The position numbers were made by a program, and so were the translations under genes. DNA of 64,000 nt from Prorocentrum cordatum (lineage: Eukaryota), in NCBI GenBank assembly GCA_963575745.1, contig CAUYUJ010000002.1, positions 1,798,001 to 1,862,000 of the forward strand. Reading direction: 5' to 3'. This document shows, in pieces, positions 28,601 to 39,756 of this stretch; within the stretch, counting starts at the first letter, position 1, and every line of letters begins with the position of its first letter. Under the pieces are notes generated by a model that ran no database searches, was not told the origin of the DNA, and was given only the letters and a program-made list of their open reading frames with translations.

Positions 28601-31350
28601 TGCAATGAGTTTGGGCTTCGCGTCCTCTTCGACGCTCTGGAGTGGGTGGTGACTGGGCAACGGTTCTTCCTGGCGTCTCATACTACTATTCAGGCCTTTC
28701 TACGCAAGGCCGTTACTGAGCACGAGCTGAGAGGCGGCGCATGCACACGAATTCCAGATAAGATACGAGTATTAGGCTTGAGGAACACGGATGTGAAGAT
28801 CACGTCGGCCGTCGTGAATCGCGCGTTGCGCCCTGTTGTGGCGCATGTCGCCCCTCGGGCCCAGCGTGGGTTTGTGCCTGGGCGTACTTTCGGGTTGCAT
28901 ATCCTGGAGGTTGATGCACATGTTCGGCAGCTGTCTGTGACATGTCCTCAGGGTCCTGGCCTGCCTCTCCTCTTCTCCCTTGACTTCGGCCAGGCCTTCC
29001 CCTCTCTGAACCAGGACTACATGCAAATGGTGCTGCAGATGTTGAAACTCCATGACGCCCTCCTCCTCTTCGTAAGCCCCCTGTGCGCCGCGATCGAGGG
29101 CGTCGTCGCTGTCGGCGGTGTGTTTCGGGTGATTCTCTGGTTTCTCAGTGGGGCCCTCCAGGGCTGCGGGCTCTCTGGGAGCCTCTGCGCGTTGAGTGCG
29201 GCGCCGTTCATCGATGACCTGGAGGTTTCGGTCGAAGTCCCTGGGCTTGGGCTGGTTCGGGCGTGCGCGGACGACATCGGCGGCTCGGTTCGATCGATCG
29301 CGGGGCTTCTGCAGGTCTCTCGCGACGCGCAGCTGGCTGAGGCTTTCGCCAACCTGGTCCTCAAGATCTAGAAATGCAAAGTGGTGCCCCTTGCTGGGCG
29401 CTTTACAGCTCCCTTGGCGGCCCGCGTGAAGGCTGCGATCTCGGAGGCTATCCCGTCTTGGGCTGATCTGGATGTAGTGTCGAAATTGCTCTACTTGGGC
29501 CTGTGGCTGGGCCCTGACGTTGGCCCCTGTGACTGCTGGACGGACCCTGCAGCCAAGCTTCGTCTGCGTGCACAGGCGATTGGCCGCGGCGCAACACCCT
29601 CCAGCGTCTCTGCCATCTTGTGCAACACCCGTGCGGTGGCCACTCTCTCTTACGTTGCGCAATTTGTCTGGCTGCCGCCCGCGCTCCTGGCGCTCGAGCT
29701 GCCGTCGCTGGCGCAGGCGCTTCGTGCGCCACTCGGCGCCCTCTTGCTGGAGTCCCGGGCGCAGCTGGACCTGTGGGGCGGGCCTCGCATTGCGCGCGCG
29801 GGGCACGTCGCCGTCGCCTCGCCGGTGCGCCCCGCTGCGTTCACCTCCCCCGAGCGCGCGCAGATCCTGGACTCGCTGGTTTCCTTTGTCCGCACGCACG
29901 ACGACTGGCGCACGCTGTGCACGCTTCGGCCTGGTCGTCTGCATCCGAGCTTCTGGCGCCCTGAGTCGTATGCGGAGACGTTGGCGCAGGCCGCTGCTGG
30001 GCAGGGCCCTCCTGGTCAGCCCTCGAACATGGCCCCCGTGGCGTGCGCGGCAGCCCGCGAGGAGTTGCTGGCCGCGGTGGACCGCCGCCCCCGCCCTCAG
30101 CGCGCTGCGCATCGAGCTCTTCGCGAGCTTGCTCGGGACGCTGCACCTCGAGCGGGCATCTTGGAGCTGAGACTACGAAAGCTGATTCCCTGACATCGCG
30201 CAGTGCTCGGGGGGATCGACTGGGACGCGATAGTTACTGTACTGAGGCGGTGTCCGACGTCGCGGGCGCGGGCTGCGATTCGGACTTGGGCTGGCGCTTG
30301 GCTCACCTCGCATCGCATCCTTCATGCGGGCGGCTGGCGGCTCTGCGCGCATGGCTGCACGGGCGCGCCCGACTCCGCTGCCCCAGGATGTTCGCTGCGG
30401 TGCGTCGGGCGCCGGTCAGATCTTGCCCTCTTTCCGTGCTACACCGCTGCTGCCTCCTGCCCCCGTCTATTGACAACGTTGCTGCAATGATGGCGGCATG
30501 CAGCATGTGCAGCACTACCCGCGTGATCGAGCAGTGGCCAGTGGACGAGAACCAGACCATCAGTTGCACTCTCGCGGGAGCACGGGCGACGCGGATGGTT
30601 TCGCCGCTGCGCCTCTCGCGCATGGAACGCGTCGCTCTCGAGGTGACGGACTTCGCGAGGAAGCGTCCATGCTCATCCTCCTCTTCTTCGTCGAGCACGT
30701 CCTGCTCGCGCGCGCCCTCGACGCCGCGTTCGAAGGGTTCGTCGAGTGAGTGGGCGGACCTGAGCTTCGACCCTGATGGTTGCGGTAGTGACTCCGACGG
30801 TTTTCGAGCGGTGCCGCGTATCTTGGCCACGCCTCCGCATCGAATCAGCGGAAGCCCGTGCTTGTCACCAGAGCTGGCGCCCTTTCCGACGGCGCGGCGC
30901 CGTCCGCGCCTGACGCGTGCATTGCCGCCCTCGAGCGCGTCGTCGGCCGCGTCGGGGACATGGCGGGGCCGCGAGTCCATGATACGTTCTCGTCTTTTTT
31001 TCATTGTTTTCTTCGTTGATGTCCTCTCCCTGTGCTGCGGGCTCGACTCAATCCGTTATGATTGGATCCTCGAGTGCGTCGATTTCCGCGCGCGCGAGCT
31101 CTTGCGCGCGCGACCGCCCGCGCAGCATCGCCTCAGCGCCTGTTTGTGGCAGTTTCAGCAAGCTCATTTTGTCAGCGGTGCCGAGGCCAGCCGTCGCTCT
31201 CCAGCGGCCGCTGTGCCCGTCTGTCCGATCTTCTCGCGTCTATGTCTCGGCCTCTGGCTGAATCTTCTCCACCCGTCCGTCTGTCCTGAGCGCTTCGACT
31301 GCTGCTGCCCATGCTGCTCCTCTCTCGCCCCCCACCCGCTCTGCGCGGAT
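25583..31350 (+). mobile_element. Near-full-length decayed non-LTR retrotransposon, family B copy 1 (coiled-coil ORF1, EN-RT ORF2); 3' end approximate
   Basis: ORF1 ~25762-26970 (LDAQALRLDEQDERLDKHGAQLQALQGEL). EN motifs FATWN, SLQEIR, GGAAILL, NGDFNF, SIDRVF, PDHTAV. RT motifs DGLP, RVLGLRNTDVKI, QRGFVPGR, SLDFGQAFPSL, GALQGCGLSG, ACADDI, LLYLG. C-terminal WAGAWLTSHR..CAHGC. Confidence 0.92.
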
Positions 31351-31445
31351 TGAAAGGCGCCGCCGCTCTCGGCGCCCCGCCCCCCGCCCGCGGGGGCAGG
31401 CTGGGCTGGCAGGTGATCATGACTGGGGCCCTCCCATACGCTCGC

Positions 31446-32380
31446 CACCTCCCTCATCCCCCCGCCCCCCCCCCCCCCACCCTTCCCCCCCCCCTCCTCC
31501 TCCTACTCCTCCTCTTCTCCTCTCTCCTCCTCCTTCCCCTCCTCCCCCTCCTCCTCTTCTCCCCCCCCCTCCTGCCTCGCCCCCTCCTCCTTCCCCCACT
31601 TCTCCTCCTCCTCCTCCTCCTCCTCATCCTCATCCTCATCCCCCTCCTCATCCTCCCTCTTTTGCTCCTCCCTCCTCCTCCTCCTCCTCCCCCCCCCCCT
31701 TCCCCCCCTCCTCCCCCCCCTGTCCCCCTTCTCCTCCTCCTCCTCCTCCCCTCCTCCTCTCCTCCTCCTTCTCCCCGCCCCTCCTCCCCTCCTGCCTCTC
31801 CTCCTTCTCCTCCTTCTCCTCCCTCCTCCGCCTCCGCCTCCTCCATCATCCTCCTCTTCCTCCTCCTCTCTCCTCCCTCCTCCTCCTCCCTCCTCCACCT
31901 CCTCCTCTCCGCCTCCCCTCCTCTTCCTCCCCCTCCCCCCCCATCCCCCCCTCCCTCCTCCCCTCCCCCTCCTGCTCCTCCCCCTCTCTTCTCCTCCTCC
32001 TCCTCCTCCTCCTCCTCCCCCCTCCTCCTCCTCCTCCTCCTCCTCTCCTCCTCCTCCTCCTCCTCCTCCTCCTCCTCTCCTCCTCCTCCGCCTCCTCCTC
32101 CCCCCCCCCCCCCCGCCCCATATTTCCTCCTCCCTCGCCCTCGTCACCTCGTCGTCGTCGCACTCCGCATCCTCTCTTCCCCGCCCCTCCCCCCCTTCTC
32201 CTCCTCCTCCTCCGCCTCCCCCTCCTCCTCCTCCTCCTCCTCCTCCTCCTCCTCCTCCTCCTCCTCCTCCTCCTCCCCTCCTCCCCTCCTCCTCCTCCTC
32301 CTCCTCCTCCCCCCCACCCCCCCCCATCCTCATCCCCTTTCCTTTCCTCTCCTCCGTTCCCCCCCCCACCCCCCCCCAGG
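31446..32380. repeat. Degenerate (CCT)n/poly-C tract; other CCT/GGA tracts at ~575-730, 1430-1740, 16705-16760, 22830-23170, 25293-25582, 42623-42715, 43953-44243, 57850-57985, 60223-60346, 63480-63690
   Basis: Seen directly in the sequence. Confidence 0.95.
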
Positions 32381-32429
32381 GGTCATCGGCGGCCCCCGCG
32401 GCGCCGCGGCACCGCGAGAGGGGGGTCAC

Positions 32430-35400
32430 CCTCCCCAGCCTGGCGCAGGCGTCGTCGACGGCGGCGGCCGCGGGCTCGACGGCTGCTGCAACTGGAGGTG
32501 GCTCACACCTCGCTCACAGCACATCACGGCCACAGCTCGTGGATGCCGACGCGGGGGCGAAATGGTGACAGCGAGAAGCCGATCGATCCTGGCTGGGGCT
32601 GCGTGGCTACTCGTCAATGCGGCTACGCGGGGAACTAGGCATCCAACCGGCGATGCCATCGCTGCGGCAGGGGCCGCGTGGACAAGCCCCCCCCCGATGG
32701 CCTGCCCGAGCGGCGCCCAGCTCGCCCCCCCGCGCCTCCGCGGCGCACTCGTCAGTCCAGCCGCCCCAGGGGGCAGGCCAAGGGCCGCGGGGGGGGCGAC
32801 GAGGAGCTTGCCGAGGAGCCCCCAGCTGCCGCCTCCGACGCTGTGGCCCGCGCCCGCAAGGCGCTCGGCGCGCCCCGCCGCCTTCGCCCGGAGGACGGCG
32901 CCCTCCTCGCGGCGGCCAAGACGGAGCTCCAGGAGGCAGAGGCGGCCGAGTTGGCTACCAGGACGCCAGACGACCTCTTTCGACGGGCCTTGGAGCGACA
33001 GTCCCAGTGGAGCCGCGGCGTCACAGAGCTTCGCGTGCAGGTGGCAGAGCTCAAAGAGCAGCTTGACGCCAAGACTGCTGAGCTCGAGGCCGCCGCAGCT
33101 GAGTTGGCCATCGTGGATTCTGGGGCGGCTACGGCGAGAGCAGCGGTTCCTGCGGCAGGGACTCGACCTGATGCGATCGCCAGCGGGGATTGCGATGTTG
33201 ATGACGCCGTTGCTCGCCCGGGGCGCGTCGTCAACAGCGCGACGGCGGTCTCTGCAGGGAACGAGGGCACCTACCTCGAGTCGCTCAGCAAGCACTACAA
33301 GGGGCCGCGCCTGACCATCGCGCGGCAGCGCCAGGGGGCGGCGACGCAGCCCGCGGCCCCGCGCGCAGCAGTCTCAGCAGCGCCCATGGCAGCATCGCCC
33401 GTCGCCCCAGATCCTTGGGGCGCCGCGACCCCCAGCGAGGATGGGGATCGGGAGACGACCGCAGGCAGCTACTTAGCTTGATACTGATCTTCATCTCGGT
33501 GCTCTGCCCTGTGCACGAGGGCCACCGGCTCGACATCGCGCGGCGCCAGCTCGAGCGACGGCAACGCCCTATGACAGCCGCCGCGCTCGGGCTGCGAGGA
33601 ACCGTGGTAATGCAGTTCTGGTTGGATGTGCTGACACGGGGTCACCGTCTGGAGTGTGCAACGTCACGGGAACGGGCACTTACACGCCTACTGCGACGAC
33701 AATGTTGGCCGAAGCTAGGGGGCACAATGTATGCGTTCCTCCTTCGGGTCCCGTCTCGCCGCTGGGCAGTTTTACTTTGCCGATGCGAGCAACAGGTCCT
33801 GGGCGCGCTTCTCAGCGCCAGCACCTTGCACGTCGCCGCAGGGTCGCCCGTGCGCGCGGCGTCGTCGACGGACGAGCCGACCTCCGCTTCGCGCGTTCGA
33901 GGTCCGCGAGGCCCCCCAAGCCCGCTGCGCGCACTGGCCAGGTCTGGTGCCCCTGCCGAAGGGGGTGGTCGATGCCGCCTCGCCCGGCGACGATGTTGCG
34001 AGGGGTGTGTAGGGCTGGGCAGCGCGCCGAGGCGAGCCAACCTTGCCCGCGCGCTCCCTGACGATTGCACGACCGATGATGATCAATGGAGTTGGATACG
34101 CCACCTCAGCACCTACTTGCGCCAGTGGGCGGGGGGCCAGATCGCCTGGAAGACCTCGTGGCCGATGGCGACTGGCTGTGGTGGTGCACTCATTACGCCG
34201 AGCTTCCCATATGTGAAGATGAGGCTCTCAGCGCCTGGGCTGCCGACCCCGCTCGTATACGTGCCCTTGCTGAGCACGCGCGCCTCTGCGCATCATTTGA
34301 GAGCGGGGGGGGGGCGGGGGGGGGGGGATCCGCCAGCGCATCATCCGTTGCTAGAAGATATGCGACCGCAGCCGCGCCAAGTGGCACGCGCTGCTGTCGA
34401 ATCGTCTGCGCCTTGCGCGTAACGCCCGCCTGGCCATCGCCATCGAGCAAGCGGGCCAAGCCGATGCCGACCTCCTAGTTAGTTAGGCGACGCGGCAGTT
34501 CGAGACGGCGCTTCAGATGATTGCCGTCGCCAGGGATTCATTCCGCCAGACGGGTCACCGCTACCGGCCGCTGGAGCTGCTGCGCCCACCGCGGGGGGTG
34601 TTCCCATGGACAGCGAGCAGGGTGGCCAGGACATGGATGCCGATGGCGCCGACGCGGAGACCACCAACCTGACGCAGGCAAAGGCTTCATCTACTGGGCT
34701 GCTGGCGGCGGAGCGCCATCGTCGCAGTCAGCGCCCCTTCCCGCGCATTGCGCGTGCGAAACCCAGCAGGATTTCGATTTCCCTGCGCCAGTGGCGACCA
34801 GGCGCTACGAAAGAGATCTGCAGATCGAGCCAGAACTCTGCTGGACGCGGCCCCCCTGGCGGCCAGTCGCCCAGGAAGCGAGCAGGCAAGCGGAGGCATG
34901 TGCTGAAGATGGCCTCATTCGACAGCTCCGGTTGGCCGCAGATGCAGGACCTCCTGGACCAGATGCGTCGCGTTCAGGCGGTATCAGGTCAAGGGCTACT
35001 CCTGCAAGGCCATCGTCGGATTCTCGCTGAAGAGTGGTGCCTGAAGCGAGGCTGGCAGGCCTTCATCTTCGATGCGCAGCTCAGTGATGACGGTAAGTCC
35101 CTTGGTGGAGTTGGGCTTTTCGTTCGGGGGCATATCAGCGCGGCGCCGTTGCAGGCGTTCGCTGCCGCGCACGAGCTTATCCCAGGGCGCAGTGTGGTCA
35201 TGATGATTCAGTATGGGATTCGTGGTGGCCTCATTGTTGGCTCAACGTACCTGCAGCAGGGGCCCCGCTTGAGCGGTGTCAACGTGGACTACCTCCGCAC
35301 CATTGACGAGCGCCTCAGCTACTACGCCACACCGTTTGTCATGGCAGGTGACTGGAACATGCCGCTAGAAGTTCTGCAGATGTCAGACTTTTCATTGAGG

Positions 35401-35610
35401 TTGCGGGCCACGCCAGTTGCTTCTGAGGAGGGCACCTACAAGGGCCCCGCCACAGCCAGCCACTCGACGTTGAACTACTGGCGCGGCCGATGGAAGGCCC
35501 CCCGTACGAGCAACCTTGAACATCCCCTTCTCGGCGCAACTGAGCCCGCGGATGCGTTCCCCCCCAGCCGAATATTGTGGAGACGCTTTTGGAGGACCGT
35601 CGAACCCTTA
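32430..35610 (+). mobile_element. Fragment of a non-LTR retrotransposon (coiled-coil ORF1-like region plus APE endonuclease), 3'-truncated
   Basis: Coiled coil in 32678-33481 (ELRVQVAELKEQLDAKTAELEAAAAEL). EN motifs LLLQGH, SLGGVGLFV, GSTYL, MAGDWN in 34990-35360. Confidence 0.7.
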
Positions 35611-38327
35611 GCTCATTTCTGCATAGTCTGATCGCAACCCAAGTTCCTGCCTGAGCTGACTCCAGCAAAATTCCATTTCCTCAGCCTAGATGCGACGGTG
35701 ACCCTCGCTGCCGGGTGGCTGCAAAGCGCCGGGCCTTTAGCCTGCGAGATGACCAGCAGCAGCTTCTCGAGCTGCAGGCACAGAAAATACACAGCCCGTG
35801 ATAAGGTAGTCTCTACATACTTCGTGCTGCCCGACGCCTGTGATGCGATTTCGTCTACCACATTGAACAGGGCAGCCGACCAATAGAGTTCTCTGGTAAG
35901 GCCCAAGGGGTCCATGAGCATCACACGTAGAAGAGTAGTAGCAAACCCACGCCCCGCAATGATCCCTTTGGAGGCAAGCACAGGGGCCCCAACCGCACCA
36001 CACACTTTGATAATCCTCCTCCCTCGGTAGAGCGACAGCAACAGGCGGAGCTTCATGATATTGAACTTGTGCTTGACGGCCGCAACGGCCCAGGTAATGA
36101 CAGACCTTCTCGCGGGCCTTCGCGGGGTCCACTAGGCACGAGCCTGAGCAGCCTCCAACGCTGACATGCTGCTCCACCGTCAAACTCTGCTCCCAGACTG
36201 CACGTTCACAGTTCTTGCCGTGGACGCCATGCAAATAATCGCGATTATTTTCACGCTCCCACCGCTTTATCTCGCCCCTTGACAGCTTAGAGAACACCCT
36301 GGTGGTAGTTGGTAGCAGAGCTATCGGGCGGAACCCTCCTTCAGGCTTGGCGAGCATCGCAAGGATGGTGGCGAGGAGACTGGCGGGGTACGTGCCTAGG
36401 TACTCCATCTTGGCCCACAAAGCTCCTAGAACCTCCAGGAGGCCATCCGAGGCCTTGTCCAGATCCCGCGGTCGAAGAGCGTCGACCCCACAAGCCGTGC
36501 GTTTCGGGGACTTCCTGATGGCCCCACGGATGTCACTGACCGGCTTCTCTTCAGAACACAACTCCTGCACCGAGACTCCCTGCTCAGCGGTCTGGGCCTG
36601 GATCTGGCGCGTCAGGTAATGGATTGGGCCAGGGAACTTCGAGGCTTCAGGGTGGGCCTCCCAGATCTCATTCCAGTACTTGGTAAGGCCATCAACTGAC
36701 TCCTGAGGCCCCAACGGAACAGCGAAGCCTCCAGACTTGATGGTGCTCAGCTCGGGCGGCGCCCAGCCAATGGGACTCTGAGAATATTTATGCGCCTTGC
36801 CGGCGCCTGCGGAAACAGCTTCCTGCACCCATTGGCGCCAGCGCTTGCTGCGCTCCGAGGTGAACTTGCGCTCGAGCACACGTGCAAACCCTTCAGCTTC
36901 CTCTCCCCACGCCTGCAACCGCTCGAGGGGCGCGTGAAGCACGCTGCCAAAAGATGGCACCCACTGCTGCCAGGTACTGTCTTCGCGCAGCTGCTTAGGT
37001 CCCCGCCCGACCGCTTTCAGGAGCCCCAGAAGGCCCTTCTTTTTGATATGCACCAGCTCCGAGAAACGCTCCGAAATCCGACGCCACCCTCTGCTCTCAG
37101 GACTCCCGACGGGACGCCGACCACCTGAAGTTCTGACAGCAGAGATTTTGAAAATAGCAGGCTGCTCAGCTCTGCCGAAATATTTTGACTGGTCCAACAC
37201 ACCGTGATCGGCCCCAAGCTCGCGCCCGAGCGATTCCACAAAGGCTCTGTAACAAACACCCAATGAATCACGACCCCCGACCGATCTGACAGATTCAAGC
37301 AGATCCCCATAGTCCTGCGGTGCTGGCATGGGCCCTATCACGGCTTCCTGCGGGAACATCCTCGGCGGGCGCAGCGACTGGGCAAGGACGTTGAGCGGCT
37401 CGCCGCGGAACTTGACCACCACAGGCCAGTGCGGCTTCACTGAAGCCTTCCTACTGATCGCACAAGAGTGGACACTGCCTGCCAAGCCCGCAGACACCAC
37501 AGAGTAATCGATGGTTCTCCAAACCTTGGCCGTGGACTTACAGGCGTAGGTCGGTGGTTTGACAATCTGACCCCCGAGACGCCCAGGCCATCCCATGTTC
37601 TGGAGAACGTCAGGAGACACATTCCAGTCGCCTCCTACAAAGAACGAACAACCCCAAGGGTGTAACTGCTCGCCGACCCGACTGAGAATTTGGCACCCCG
37701 TTGGGCCCAGCGGGTCTTGTTCAGGCAGGTAGATGGACCCGAGGATGAAGCCCCCAGGCACAGACGCGTTGATCCACATCAGCTGTTGTCGGCGTGGATG
37801 CGGCAAACTCTCGGGGTCCGTCGGCGGCAAGCCCAGGCCAACGAACTCCCTGCGCGCCACCGTCGCGCCTCCCGAGAGACCTCCTGCACTGGTGACCCCG
37901 GACGGGTGGAACTTAGCCTGCCAGCCTAACTTCTTAACCTGAGATTCGCACTCGGCGCGGTCAGACGGGTCAACAGTTAGCTCTTGAAGCATTACGATGT
38001 GACTCGACGCTTCCCCTTGGAGAAACTGCTTCCCTGACGACCATGCTGTTGTATTACAGGTTTCGAGACAGAACAATTCCCCCTGGCACGACCCTGCAGA
38101 TTTCTTAGCATTCTGCCCAGGTTGGGCAGCTCGGTCCCTCCGAATCCGCCGGGGCCCCGCCAGAGGCCAGGCGCTAGGGGGAGGGGGGGGGAAGGGGCAG
38201 GCAGCACAGGGGGGGTTCGAGCTAGGCGGGGGCGGGGGCCGAACCAGGCGCCAGAAAGAATGCGCCAGGCGGCCTCTCGAGGCCCGCCGCCGCATCACCC
38301 CGCCAGCTGGCGGGGCAAGGCAGGCTG

Positions 38328-39518
38328 CTACCCACCAGGCGTCCTGCCCTGCACCTCCGCTGCCGCCCCTGTGGCGCTCGGGGCGCCTCCAGCACCCCCT
38401 CCAGCACCTCCCCCACCTCCCTTGCCGCCCAAAGCCTCGGTGGCCTTGGCGCGCACATCGACCTTAGGCGAGCTGGCGGTGGCGGCAGTGGCTCCGCCAC
38501 CGCCTGCGGCACGGCCTGTGCCTGCCTGGGCGTAAGATCCAGCCGCAGCAGCAGCTGGGGGGGGCCCGCCAGCAGGCGGCGGAGCCGCGATGGGCTCGCC
38601 CTCGGCGTTGCCGCTCTCGCCCTTCCGCTTCTTCTGCAGCCGCTGGACGTGCTCGGAGTGCTCCTGTCGCAGCTTCTCGGCCGTCTCTTTGGCGGTGCCG
38701 AAGAGCTTCTTGGCCACTTCTTGCACCCCCTGCCACAGCTGCTCCTTCCTGGCAGCTGTGTCCTTCTTATCCGTCTCGGTGAACTCATAGATGTCGGCAT
38801 GGCCGAAGAAGTCGTCGCAGCCGTCGAGGTCTATGCACGACACGTCCCCTGCGAGCAGCTGGTCCAACGATATCTTCGTCGTCCCCGCGGGCTTGTCACT
38901 GTGCGCCTGGCTGTGCATGGCGCTGAGCAAGCCCCTGTATTCGTCGTCCGCTTCACTGAGCTTCGTCTGCAACATCTGGACCTCTGCCTCTTGATCAGAG
39001 ACTCCCTGGCGCAACCGCCCCAGCATGTCGATCGCCCCGTCCATCATCCTCTCGAGCTGCTCGACCTGGGCGCGCGCGCGGCGTGCCCGTACCTGGAGCG
39101 GAGGCTCCTGGGGCTGCTGCGCTTCCTTCTTTTTGAGTGCCAACAACTTCTCATACTTGGTGACGGGCCCTTTGTCGCCTGTCTTCTTGCACAAGGAGAT
39201 GGGCTGGTCGATCTCGTCGATCGCGAGCTGTGTGTCCCCGTTGCCGAGGCCAGGCGGTGGTTGTAGCCCGACTGAACGAGGCCTTGTGCCCCCTGCGGCT
39301 TCGACCTGACACTCGCCTGCATCGCTCGGCGGGAACGCCCCAGGAGACCCGGCAGTGAAGCAGTGCCACATGTTCCAGCCGTGCTTCTTGCAGCCACAGT
39401 GCTCGCACCTCCACCGACGTAGGGGCCCCTTCGAGCCACTTCGCTTGGCACCCGTGCGGTCATCTGCCCACGATACAGTCTCCTGGCGCCTTCGTGAGCC
39501 GGCATCTCCCCACGCCAT
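38328..39518 (-). CDS. ORF1 of family C retrotransposon: RanBP2-like Cys finger plus coiled coil
   Basis: Open from ATG 39518 (MAWGDAG...). Contains WRCEHCGCKKHGWNMWHC and a long heptad region (QVEQLERMMDGAIDMLGRLRQGVSDQEAEVQMLQTKLSE). The last finger cysteine is missing. Confidence 0.7.
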   Translation of the reverse strand: MAWGDAGSRRRQETVSWADDRTGAKRSGSKGPLRRWRCEHCGCKKHGWNMWHCFTAGSPGAFPPSDAGECQVEAAGGTRPRSVGLQPPPGLGNGDTQLAIDEIDQPISLCKKTGDKGPVTKYEKLLALKKKEAQQPQEPPLQVRARRARAQVEQLERMMDGAIDMLGRLRQGVSDQEAEVQMLQTKLSEADDEYRGLLSAMHSQAHSDKPAGTTKISLDQLLAGDVSCIDLDGCDDFFGHADIYEFTETDKKDTAARKEQLWQGVQEVAKKLFGTAKETAEKLRQEHSEHVQRLQKKRKGESGNAEGEPIAAPPPAGGPPPAAAAAGSYAQAGTGRAAGGGGATAATASSPKVDVRAKATEALGGKGGGGGAGGGAGGAPSATGAAAEVQGRTPGG

Positions 39519-39676
39519 GAAGGAGCGCGGAACTTGGGAGTGGGAGCAGGAACGCACAGAGAAACAAAACAGTGAGGACCCTCGCTTTGGGCAGGGCCGC
39601 TGATCGAGGGTCGCGAGGGTCTCCTTGACCAGCTCGAGCCCCAACCCCAGGGAAATCGAAGGCCCCGGGCAATGGC

Positions 39677-39710
39677 CTTGAGCCAAATGGCTTGCGCCAG
39701 TGGCTACGGA
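39677..39710 (-). other. Tandem DinoSL relics
   Basis: Minus strand reads TCCGTAGCCACTGGCGCAAG-CCATTTGGCTCAAG-(GCCATTG): a degenerate full SL followed by a relic beginning at CCATTT. Confidence 0.88.
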
Positions 39711-39756
39711 CCTCTTTCCTCCTCCTCCCCCTCCGTCTCCTCCTCCTCCTCCCCCT

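Larger units (their letters stand above)
35613..39710 (-). mobile_element. Non-LTR retrotransposon, family C copy 1 (SL-headed; ORF1 plus EN-RT), truncated after RT
   Basis: ORF2 EN motifs CNTTAW, VMLQEL, GSIYL, GGDWN, TIDY, PHWPV. RT motifs TACGVD, LAKPEGGFRPIALL, DPAKAREKV, GIIAGRGFAT, NVVDEI, RNLG. Begins at tandem SL relics. Confidence 0.92.

Noticed and set aside
31311..33314. 667-aa Pro/Leu/Ser-rich ORF and similar poly-P/E/R/G ORFs throughout the window
   Set aside because: These are artefacts of (CCT)n/(GGA)n tracts and high GC, with no domain signal.
34015..34052. 2A-like/GEAxxPGP motif upstream of EN (GQRAEASQPCP)
   Set aside because: It is too degenerate and lacks the NPGP core, so it cannot be supported.
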